Positions 11,101 to 18,202 of a DNA stretch of 29,092 nucleotides are shown piece after piece; position 1 is the stretch's first letter, and every line of letters starts with the position of its first letter. The translations under genes were made by a program, and so were the position numbers. This DNA is from Candidatus Cloacimonadota bacterium (GTDB lineage Bacteria > Cloacimonadota > Cloacimonadia > Cloacimonadales > WRIO01): the NCBI GenBank assembly GCA_029564175.1, contig JAKQQL010000454.1, positions 1 to 29,092 on the forward strand, given 5' to 3'. The notes below the pieces were generated by a model. That model was not told the origin of the DNA. It ran no database searches and saw nothing but the letters and a program-made list of their open reading frames with translations.

Positions 11101-12050
11101 AATGAATTTTCATTGAAATGAAAATTTTCAATAATCTCAGGTTTAAACTTTTCTTTGACTAATTCATCTACCCATTCAAAGCCAGGATAGTAATGATTCA
11201 ACCACATGAGGTCATGATAGTAATGATTATTAAAAAAGACGTCTATCCACTTATTAACCATTGGCCTTGATAAAATTTTTTGCATTTTTTCAATTTCACC
11301 ATAAGAGAAATTCGTAAAACAAGAGAAAAATTCTGGTTCGTAACAATAATCTGTATTGAGAAGCTGAATCAGCTGTTTTTTCTCATCAGTACTTATGTTT
11401 ATCAGATTAATAATTGTTAATAAGGATTCTCGGTTTTGAGGTTCAAGGCAATGATTATTTTTAATAAAATCGGAAAGAAAGGTCACGTGATCTTTCATTG
11501 TCGGATTATAAGATATAATAAACTGGTAAACAATCTCTTCAAGCCTGACTGTCTCATGGTTGAGCGATTTATCATCATTTATGACAGGTAATTCGCATTC
11601 CTCCAGAATCATTTTGAGTTTTAAATATTTTTCATCTGGGGCAAAGCGGTTTATCTGATCTTGTGAAGCTGTTTTGTTATGTATTAAAACACTTTCAAGG
11701 TTCTTTTTAGCATTTGGATCAATCTGTGGATTTTTAATCAGTGTTTCAATGTCTTTTTTTTCCAGTCTTTGTTTTACATAGATTACGAGCTCAGACTGCA
11801 ATTTTGAGGCTTCCAGCCATGTAAAAATTTTGTTGAAATGGTCAAACTTGATTTTATGATTTTTTAAAAGTTCCATCACAATATGATAACGTACCTGTTT
11901 ATCCAGTTTTGAAATCTCTAATAGTTCATCGACAGCATTTACCTGCCAAAGTTTTTGAATGATTTTATTCTTTTCTTCAGATTCAGGGTTATACATTTCA
12001 AGTAGTTTTTGTGGGTTCTTGGAGAAAATCATATTCAAGGCTTTTAACAT
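8142..12050 (-). CDS. Large (1302 aa) alpha-solenoid HEAT/PBS-lyase-repeat protein of unknown function
   Basis: ~31-aa repeats such as IKKAAIDALSKIED / IQIEVIKALGSTGN / LKLALAKALGNLPF (nt ~8905-9230), plus degenerate copies mid-protein. No catalytic motif recognised. ATGA overlap with mazG. Confidence 0.75.
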   Translation of the reverse strand: MLKALNMIFSKNPQKLLEMYNPESEEKNKIIQKLWQVNAVDELLEISKLDKQVRYHIVMELLKNHKIKFDHFNKIFTWLEASKLQSELVIYVKQRLEKKDIETLIKNPQIDPNAKKNLESVLIHNKTASQDQINRFAPDEKYLKLKMILEECELPVINDDKSLNHETVRLEEIVYQFIISYNPTMKDHVTFLSDFIKNNHCLEPQNRESLLTIINLINISTDEKKQLIQLLNTDYCYEPEFFSCFTNFSYGEIEKMQKILSRPMVNKWIDVFFNNHYYHDLMWLNHYYPGFEWVDELVKEKFKPEIIENFHFNENSLLTKKLNLTLHEIIKDTNLLALLDKSSLAIQNLIDSRIENPNFEIDFYLKALSLIGGEINFVYMSKQINKRPVENISIAYLEIEKKYLIQKKSLDDPEKIQELVEKELSDKSNLIYAYHYGILMQFWIESISRLKLISDNMYALFVDNLPDLKGFASDADVDVKIMICKLIGLLKLEAQRPILEGFVQSKNLSLQIHAILALKNMGDDISFYLQKIAHSKNVLVRQELARSLHLFKDDYDEITIINLALDNNALVCEYTMNFISSLNQDVCLRIFSEIHEKIQLKNRYHIIELLGKLNTPKVIPIIIELLRNGDNNLYLEGIKSLAKINHPLSITILNNIDLDKNFMLELERAKSLINLGDFNAWNILRKYFKINHSIIQEYAKILFIQLAGMEQIRTVYSLCSDTNSLVAGFAIIKLYLYSENEANKIIQELFETKNYNKLYYIAIFFSLLPYKEIKTKISLLINSNSTKCKTIGLIITAKNEDPRPLHQFETDVMKMDDSEHMEIITAIFDYPDKTALNLMKKICTFQNLNIIEKALNTLDKMHDEQADSFIKELWNKSDPNTKILIVDYIIRTHNDNLYQFIKLQCDYVSFEVQAHIYRAVISVENSDNAWTLLDELIRADEKEIKKAAIDALSKIEDQQTINILSRYLSSPIEDIQIEVIKALGSTGNPEAINLLSKYSESSSPRLKLALAKALGNLPFKDSIKVLQKLSIDRDEYVKVTADISLEKLQRGAEIPLISFVEMIDNMLKENTWKLNEDWFTREYNLFYTRYSKFKIREINSFRRKTILDQDDYIAKIEQLKRELERNLKGNTDAQQIVQLKQQHDAQIKNMMLKEELVISLLVTEDKVLTQNDISMINSIIKSTDEILTKAILLNICKNDSNTWQSFMNPIISHRENAQFSDYIIFGLTHNMKFSRLNNIAALIQNDRAKFYLLFMFNYYLVNKNLIDKALLPNLYHTLAGTAIEPELKNNIISIIKQLENEI

Positions 12051-12084
12051 AGATCTCTGCTTTCTATCTATATATTTAAAGATT

Positions 12085-12121
12085 AAAAAATCAACAAGGG
12101 CATTTTCAATCCCTTGTTGAT
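12085..12121 (-). terminator. Intrinsic terminator downstream of kamE
   Basis: ATCAACAAGGG / CCCTTGTTGAT inverted repeat followed by a U-run on the minus strand. Confidence 0.75.
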
Positions 12122-12164
12122 ACCATAAAATTTTAAAACCATTTAATCATAAGGAATTGTCTGC

Positions 12165-12911
12165 TTATGATTTTTTTGATAATTCAACAGCAATAAAGGA
12201 CGCAACATCAGTAGAATAAGATCCAGCTCCAAAACCGGCATCATAGCCTAGTTCTATTGCCAGTTCATGGGTGATTCTTGGTCCACCACAGATAAACAGC
12301 ATTTTTTTTCTGAGTCCTTCTGCTTCTGCCATTTCTATTAGTCTCGTCAGATTCTGGATATGTATATTTTTTTGGGTTACGATTTGAGAGACCAGAATTA
12401 CATCTGCATTCATTTCTCTGGCTTTAGCCAGTAAATCTTCAGATAATACCTGAGCACCCATATTTAATGCATTAAAACTTTTATATCTTTCAAGACCATA
12501 ACGATGATTGTAGCCTTTCATATTCATGATGGCATCTATTCCAACTGTATGAGCATCAGATTCTATACATGCTCCAATGACAGTCAGTTTTCGTCCAATA
12601 TTTTTTTCAACATAATCATCAGTTTCGTCCATTGTCATAACAGGTGTGTCAACGGTTTTAACCTGGATTTTGGTTAAATCAACAAATGCATTTGTGTTGG
12701 CATACGCAACGATATGTGCAAAGCCTTCAGTTAAGTCACTGATATAACATACTTCAATTTCATCCATTCCCATTTGTTTAAGGAGTTGTCTGGCTGCTTC
12801 TTTACCGGACTCATCTGCTTTAACAGGCATAGAGAAAGAGAGTTGCATACGTCCGTCGTTCATCGTATCTCCGTATGGACGAACAAATGTCGGGTCAAAT
12901 TTACTACTCAT
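12165..12911 (-). CDS. kamE: Lysine 5,6-aminomutase beta subunit (AdoCbl-binding, carries the PLP lysine)
   Basis: PYGDTMNDG, cobalamin base-off motif DAHTVG (DxHxxG), PLP lysine context IMNMKG, GYDAGFG. Adjacent to kamD. Confidence 0.93.
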   Translation of the reverse strand: MSSKFDPTFVRPYGDTMNDGRMQLSFSMPVKADESGKEAARQLLKQMGMDEIEVCYISDLTEGFAHIVAYANTNAFVDLTKIQVKTVDTPVMTMDETDDYVEKNIGRKLTVIGACIESDAHTVGIDAIMNMKGYNHRYGLERYKSFNALNMGAQVLSEDLLAKAREMNADVILVSQIVTQKNIHIQNLTRLIEMAEAEGLRKKMLFICGGPRITHELAIELGYDAGFGAGSYSTDVASFIAVELSKKS

Positions 12912-12922
12912 TTTTTACCTCT

Positions 12923-14482
12923 CTAGTCTATGTTTAATTCTTGTTTTATTTTATCCATAAATGGGTTGATATAATCTTCAGCTCTTCTGAAAACACCATC
13001 CAAGCCTTTACCGTTGTTTTCATTACGTTTGATATCGGCAAATTCTCCTTTTTCCAGCGCATTAAACAAGCCTTGTTCAGCAACGCGTTTAAGGAAATCA
13101 GTTGCTTCATCCAATACTTTCTCTGCTCTTTTATTGATAAATCCATCTTTATCAATAGATATTTCTTTGTATAAATCACGAGTGGTATTGAAAATATACT
13201 GTGCATTTTCGATACCTAATGCTCTGTCTGCAAGATGAGGGGTATGTACTGCTTCTGTTAGCATTCCTAAAAGTTGTACTCCTTGTCCAGTCAACTGTGC
13301 TACCATGTTAAACATGCCATTGATAAGGTAAGTTTTGAAAATATTACCGGTCACATGCTTCGTAGGAGGCATATATTTAATTGGCGCTACAGGGAAAAGA
13401 GTTTTGGTTAACAATGCATGAGATAACTCATAGAGAAATGAGTTTTCCATATCAGGGTCTATTTCATAAGCATGACCGATACCCATTTTTTCAGGTCTGA
13501 CACCTGATAAATTTGCAAATGATTCGTTGATTAACTGAGAAGCAGTAACAGTATATGCTTTTTCTACAGCATCTGACGTAGTCAGATAATTATCTTCACC
13601 TGTTTGGATTTCTATATCAGCCAATGCATTAATCATTCTTGAAAAATACTGATCGAGGAGTGTGCGTTTTGGATTGATATCTCTGAAAAGAATGCCATAC
13701 ATTGCATCGTTAAGCATGACATCCAGTCTTTCCATAGCACCCATAGCTGCGATTTCAGGCATACAGAGTCCTGATGCATAGTTTGTAAGACAGATATAAC
13801 GTTTGAGATCTTCGCCTACTTCATCGAGCGCTTTACGCATAATTCTGAAATTTTCCTGTGTGGCAAATGTACCTCCAAAGCCTTCTGTAGTAGCTCCATA
13901 AGGCACATAATCCAATAATGACTGAGCGGTTGAACGAATTACAGCAATGATATCAGCACCTTGTCTGGCGGCAGCTTTTGCTTGAGTTACGTCTTCATAA
14001 ATATTACCTGTTGCTACAATCACATAAAGACTTGGTTTTTTTCTGGGTCCGAATTTTTCGAATTGATCATTTCTGTATGCTCTTTGATTTTTGATATGTT
14101 CAATCATTTTGTCAGTCAGTTCATTCATTATCTGAATTACTTTATCTGGTGACTGACGAGGTATTTCAGTCAATTCTAATTTTCCCTCTACAACAGATTG
14201 TGCAACCTGTTGTGAAGTCAATCGACTGTAAACCATCGCATTACAAATCCAGAATGCAACACCCTTATCAAGCGCATTCTTTGATTTTAAGTGATCTACT
14301 ATATAATTGGGAATGGGTGTTCCATCTTCAAGTGCTCCATCTACACCTAATAATCTGATTACAGTTCTCTCGATTGTGACAGAACTATATGAATTTAACA
14401 AGTCTTTCATTGAATGGGTAATTTGCTTAGCATATTCTCTTGCATTGCTAATTTTTTGCGGGGAGATAGTTAATTGTAACAA
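12923..14482 (-). CDS. kamD: Lysine 5,6-aminomutase alpha subunit (TIM barrel)
   Basis: VIVATGNIYED, AVIRSTAQSLLDYVP, TNYASGLCMPE, NDAMYGILFRDIN, GEDNY, KYMPPTK. TTG start with SD AAGGAGG. Confidence 0.93.
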   Translation of the reverse strand: MLQLTISPQKISNAREYAKQITHSMKDLLNSYSSVTIERTVIRLLGVDGALEDGTPIPNYIVDHLKSKNALDKGVAFWICNAMVYSRLTSQQVAQSVVEGKLELTEIPRQSPDKVIQIMNELTDKMIEHIKNQRAYRNDQFEKFGPRKKPSLYVIVATGNIYEDVTQAKAAARQGADIIAVIRSTAQSLLDYVPYGATTEGFGGTFATQENFRIMRKALDEVGEDLKRYICLTNYASGLCMPEIAAMGAMERLDVMLNDAMYGILFRDINPKRTLLDQYFSRMINALADIEIQTGEDNYLTTSDAVEKAYTVTASQLINESFANLSGVRPEKMGIGHAYEIDPDMENSFLYELSHALLTKTLFPVAPIKYMPPTKHVTGNIFKTYLINGMFNMVAQLTGQGVQLLGMLTEAVHTPHLADRALGIENAQYIFNTTRDLYKEISIDKDGFINKRAEKVLDEATDFLKRVAEQGLFNALEKGEFADIKRNENNGKGLDGVFRRAEDYINPFMDKIKQELNID

Positions 14483-14638
14483 GAGCCCTCCTTATGTTGT
14501 TTTTTTATCAATATTTAAAAAATCATAGTGAAAAGTCAAGCTTTTTTTCAATTTTGTTATGAAGTTCTGAAATTTTTAAAAAAATAAGTAAAAATGCGAT
14601 GTTTAGATGATAAATCGGTTTTATGTTTTAAAAAAAAC

Positions 14639-14666
14639 TTGCCAAAATTAGCGAAAAGATTATTAT
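14639..14666 (+). promoter_or_regulatory. Putative sigma70-type promoter for the flagellin-like gene
   Basis: TTGCCA-N16-TATTAT preceded by an A-tract. Confidence 0.45.
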
Positions 14667-14672
14667 ATACAC

Positions 14673-14910
14673 AGGGAGTATAAGTGTACTCTTTTCTGAC
14701 TAGTCAGATGAGATTGATAAGTGTAATAAAAAGTAAACTGCAGCCTGCACCTCTGGAAAAGAAGTTAGCCGCTCTTTCCAATTTCATGCAGATTACCCGA
14801 AGAACAGCGCATTTTGCCTGTTTATTCAAACTAACAGCCAACAGGTTCTTTTGAAAGGGAAGAACTTCACAGAGAGATGAGATTGTCAAATCAACCACAA
14901 GGAGGTTGTT
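14673..14910 (+). ncRNA. Putative structured 5' leader RNA (unclassified)
   Basis: Several by-eye stems: 14673-14694; 14733-42/14787-96 enclosing 14754-62/14773-80; 14803-22; 14844-66 with GAAA in the loop; SD hairpin 14892-14908. Visibly more GC-rich than the upstream intergenic DNA. Confidence 0.4.
14892..14908 (+). promoter_or_regulatory. SD-overlapping hairpin with ACAAGGA loop (CsrA/RsmA-type site)
   Basis: CAACC-ACAAGGA-GGTTG. SD AGGAGG at 14900-14905, TTG start at 14911. Confidence 0.5.
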
Positions 14911-15795
14911 TTGGCACTCAGTATAATATCAAACAATGTGGCTCAAAGAGCCAGCAGGGATTTCTCATCCATTTTAAAAGCATATTCACAATCCCTGTTA
15001 CATTTATCAAGTAGTAAGAGAATCAATACTTCAGCTGATGATCCGACTGGAATGGCTGTCAGTCAGCAAATGAGAGCTAATTCTGCTGCATACAGTCAAG
15101 GAGAGAGAAACATAGAAGATGCCATATCTCTCGTTCAAACAGCCACTGGTAGTTTGGATGTAATTAATGAAAAACTGATTTTAATGAAAGAACTGGCAGA
15201 AGAAGCTGCTACAGGAACTTACACGGATGAGCAGCGTACAATTCTTCAGTCAGAATTTTCAAGTCTAGGCGCTGAAATTGATCGTATTGCCAATGCCACA
15301 AAATACAATGGTATAAAACTATTAGATGGTAGTTTAAGCTCATCTTCAGTTCGTCAGACAAGCAGTGGTTGGTCTGAAGCAAATGGATGTTTGAAAATTC
15401 ATTTTGGTCCTGGTGCTAGTAGAAATCAGGATTATTACTACATTTCTATGCCTAACATCAGTACAAATAAACTTTTTAATAATTCAATTCCAGATATTAG
15501 TACAATAAGCGGTGCAGAAAGTGCATTAACAATGATAGATTCAGCTATTGTAAGAAAAGACAATTTTCAGTCTTATCTGGGAGGTATTCAAAACAGACTG
15601 ACAGCTTCTCTGGAAGCGACTCAATCCATGAGAGACAGTACGGATTATGCCATAGAACAGATAGAAGGAGTAGATATTGCAGAGGAAACCATTAACTCTA
15701 CTTTACTGGCAGTTCAGCTTGAAACGGCTTCATTGATGCTGGCACAGGCAAATATTATTCCAGAATATGCATTAAAACTGCTCAATTTTGATTAA
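14911..15795 (+). CDS. Short, diverged flagellin-family protein (orphan in this window)
   Basis: Flagellin_N motifs LSSSKRINTSADDPTG, RNIEDAISLVQTA, MKELA, EIDRIANATKYNGIKLLDG. Flagellin_C motifs LGGIQNRL and MLAQAN..P..ALKLL. Confidence 0.88.
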   Translation: MALSIISNNVAQRASRDFSSILKAYSQSLLHLSSSKRINTSADDPTGMAVSQQMRANSAAYSQGERNIEDAISLVQTATGSLDVINEKLILMKELAEEAATGTYTDEQRTILQSEFSSLGAEIDRIANATKYNGIKLLDGSLSSSSVRQTSSGWSEANGCLKIHFGPGASRNQDYYYISMPNISTNKLFNNSIPDISTISGAESALTMIDSAIVRKDNFQSYLGGIQNRLTASLEATQSMRDSTDYAIEQIEGVDIAEETINSTLLAVQLETASLMLAQANIIPEYALKLLNFD

Positions 15796-15813
15796 AACAG
15801 TCAATGTTAAGCG

Positions 15814-15905
15814 CTTTTGGATTAGACTGTGGCAGATGATTTCAATAATCTTTTGATAACTTAATGAACGAGATGATTTCAACTGGGTTTGGATAAAACC
15901 TGTGG
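15814..15905. repeat. Degenerate ~36-37-bp tandem repeat downstream of the flagellin gene
   Basis: AGATGATTTCAA exact at 15834 and 15871. TTT(G/T)GAT(T/A)A recurs near 15816, 15851 and 15888. CTGTGG occurs in units 1 and 3. Confidence 0.4.
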
Positions 15906-15979
15906 TAATGCAAAGCTCATAACTTAGCTTTAATAGATTTTATATTGTTTGTCTGATCTGAGTCTGCAATTTACTTAAT

Positions 15980-16837
15980 TTATTTTTTTAAAACTGATTC
16001 AGAGATGGATACACCAATGATTAAAATTGCCCCGATTAGCTGTAATAATGCCAGTTTCTCATCAAATATTAAAAATGCCAATAAGATTCCATATACCGGT
16101 TCCATGCAGCTGATGAGAGAAACAGAGCTTATGGGCAGATATTTTAAAGAATTGATAAATAAAGTGTGAGATAAAGCTGTAAAAATAACTCCCAGTATTA
16201 TAAGATTCATAATGACAGATTGATTTAAAACAGGCAATTGTATCATGATAAATGAAGGAATAAGGCAAATAAAAGCAATCACAAACTGATATAAACTGAC
16301 AATTTGAACAGAATATTGTTTTGACAATCTTTGGTTAATGAAACTTAGTATTGAAAATGTCAAACCAGATAATATACCCATTAACAGAGAAATAACACCA
16401 GGATTGTCATAATATTTAGCAAAATATGTAATAAAAAGACCTGTAATACAGAGAATTAATGAAATTAACTTGTATGTTGTTATTTTTTTACGACATACAG
16501 TCCATTCAATCAGATTGGTAAATAAAGGATAAGAACTAAAATAAATCAGCCCTGTACTGACTGATGACAATTGTATTGATTTAAAAAAAGAATACCAATG
16601 TAATGCTAAAATAAATCCGCTTGTAATAAAGAGTATAATATCCTTTTTTTCTGGTAAACAAAAATTATTCCGTGTTTTTAAAAGTAAAAAAAGAGATATT
16701 GATGCAAAAAACAGACGACCAGCTGTGATATGAACAGGAGATATTGTCAGTAGTTTTCCAAATAAACCCGCTGAACCAAATAAAAACACACTGAAATGTA
16801 ATAAGACTAGTGCTTTATAAGTTTGATGATTTTTCAT
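15980..16837 (-). CDS. EamA/DMT family transporter
   Basis: About 10 hydrophobic segments in two repeats. Motifs LALHWYSFFKSIQ, SSYPLF, TALSHTLF, EPVYGILLA. Confidence 0.9.
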   Translation of the reverse strand: MKNHQTYKALVLLHFSVFLFGSAGLFGKLLTISPVHITAGRLFFASISLFLLLKTRNNFCLPEKKDIILFITSGFILALHWYSFFKSIQLSSVSTGLIYFSSYPLFTNLIEWTVCRKKITTYKLISLILCITGLFITYFAKYYDNPGVISLLMGILSGLTFSILSFINQRLSKQYSVQIVSLYQFVIAFICLIPSFIMIQLPVLNQSVIMNLIILGVIFTALSHTLFINSLKYLPISSVSLISCMEPVYGILLAFLIFDEKLALLQLIGAILIIGVSISESVLKK

Positions 16838-16916
16838 TGATGTAAAGTTGCATGTAGAAATGATAAAGAAAATTGATTGGTATGTTTATTGTATCTTTTT
16901 TGATAATTACTCAATC

Positions 16917-18107
16917 TTATTCCACCCAATAAATAAAACATTTTAAATAAGCTGATTCTGGACATTCTGGATTGACGGGGTGATCTATAGCTGCTCCTCT
17001 TTGTTCGAGTAAGCGAATATTTCTTTTACTGATAATTGCTGCATTTGTGATAGCTTGAAAGAATTCCTCTTTACTGATTCTACCGCTACAACTGCATGTA
17101 ACCAGAATTCCTCCTTTACTCATACATTGCATAGCCATCGTATTCAATTGAGTATAGCCTTTTATAGCCTGTTTAGAGCTGGACCTGGAGTGAGTAAATT
17201 TGGGAGGATCCAAAACGATCAGGTCATAGAATTGATTGTCTTTTAATTGATTTTCCAAAAATTTAAAAGCATCTGAACGTATAAATTCTGCCTGATTAAA
17301 CTGATTAAGATGGATATTTCTTTCTGCTAACAGCAAGGCTTTATCGGATATATCTACTATCTTTACAAAGTCAGCTCCTCCCTCCAGTAAATTAAGGCTA
17401 AATCCTCCTGAATATGAACAGATATCGGCACATTTTCTATGATTAGCATACTTTCTGACTGCAAGGCGGTTTTCACGCTGATCGATATAAAAGCCTGTTT
17501 TCTGACCTGTTTCTATGTTGAGCTCGTAAACAAGATTATTTTCAGAAATAAGAATATTTTCTTTTGCTCTTTCTCCCCAAACCAGTTCATCGTGAATTTC
17601 TAGACCTTCTTCTTCAGCTGTTCCTTTTTCGGTTCTAAGATAGATACCTTTAGGATGAATCAACTCAATCAGTTTTTGAACAATTATTTCTTTTTTTAAA
17701 TACAAGGCAAGTGATGTAAATTGCATTGAAAGATAATTTGAAAATTTATCAACTACCAAGCCTGACAGACAATCTGCTTCACTAAAAATCAGGCGACAAG
17801 CATTATCAAAGATGTTCTGGCTAAGGATCGACTTTCTCATCCGGATAGCTGATTCTATTTTTTGATGGAAAAAGGCTTCATCAGGAACAATCATCTCATT
17901 AAATGAGTAGAGTCTGATTCTGATTTGACTTTTAGAATTGTAAAATCCCCATGCTAAAAACTGATTCTGATAATCGCATACTTTAACAAGCTCTCCGTCT
18001 TTCAGAACCAGAGAGCTTTCATTTTGAATGGCACCTGAAAACACCCACGGATGATGATAAAGAAATGAAAACTCTCTACCCTTTTTAACTTTAACTATTT
18101 GAACCAT
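16917..18107 (-). CDS. rlmI: RlmI/YccW-family SAM-dependent rRNA m5C methyltransferase
   Basis: PUA-like HPWVFSG, EADxLSGLVVD, GQKTGFYIDQRENR, SYSGGF, LDPPKF, TCSCS, YLK. ATG at 18107 fits the SD AGGAGG (18114-18119) better than TTG 18113. Confidence 0.85.
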   Translation of the reverse strand: MVQIVKVKKGREFSFLYHHPWVFSGAIQNESSLVLKDGELVKVCDYQNQFLAWGFYNSKSQIRIRLYSFNEMIVPDEAFFHQKIESAIRMRKSILSQNIFDNACRLIFSEADCLSGLVVDKFSNYLSMQFTSLALYLKKEIIVQKLIELIHPKGIYLRTEKGTAEEEGLEIHDELVWGERAKENILISENNLVYELNIETGQKTGFYIDQRENRLAVRKYANHRKCADICSYSGGFSLNLLEGGADFVKIVDISDKALLLAERNIHLNQFNQAEFIRSDAFKFLENQLKDNQFYDLIVLDPPKFTHSRSSSKQAIKGYTQLNTMAMQCMSKGGILVTCSCSGRISKEEFFQAITNAAIISKRNIRLLEQRGAAIDHPVNPECPESAYLKCFIYWVE

Positions 18108-18131
18108 TGGCAACCTCCTGTCCTAAACAAT

Positions 18132-18154
18132 AAAAGGGGAGATTTTCTCCCCTT
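18132..18154 (-). terminator. Terminator-like hairpin downstream of arcA
   Basis: AAGGGGAGA-TTT-TCTCCCCTT perfect stem with a short U-rich tail on the minus strand. Confidence 0.7.
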
Positions 18155-18202
18155 AGTATAATTGTTGGATTAAATGTAAAATATCATGTATTTAGATAAT
18201 TA

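Noticed and set aside
12165..14482. Ornithine 4,5-aminomutase (oraSE) as an alternative call
   Set aside because: The ~519 + ~248 aa split, with the B12/PLP domain in the small subunit, fits KamD/KamE. OraE carries both domains in one larger chain.
14577..14657. Possible sigma28 (FliA) promoter for the flagellin (TAAA...TGCGATGT or TAAA...AGCGAAAA)
   Set aside because: Spacings are 14 and 17 rather than 15-16, matches to GCCGATAA are poor, and TAAA is ubiquitous here.
14700..14756. AGAGGTGC on the minus strand upstream of kamD, resembling the 5' end of a lysine riboswitch
   Set aside because: The following conserved elements (AGUA loop-E, GAAAGG, GCCGAA, CUGUC, GGAGCGCU) are absent in the right order, and the putative kamD promoter lies downstream of it.
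14704..14898. 64-aa minus-strand ORF in the kamD/flagellin intergenic region
   Set aside because: No SD or recognisable motif. It is explained by locally higher GC and lies antisense to the putative leader.
15814..15905. Mini CRISPR array
   Set aside because: The exact repeat is only 12 bp, the period of ~37 bp is too short for repeat plus spacer, and there are no cas genes.
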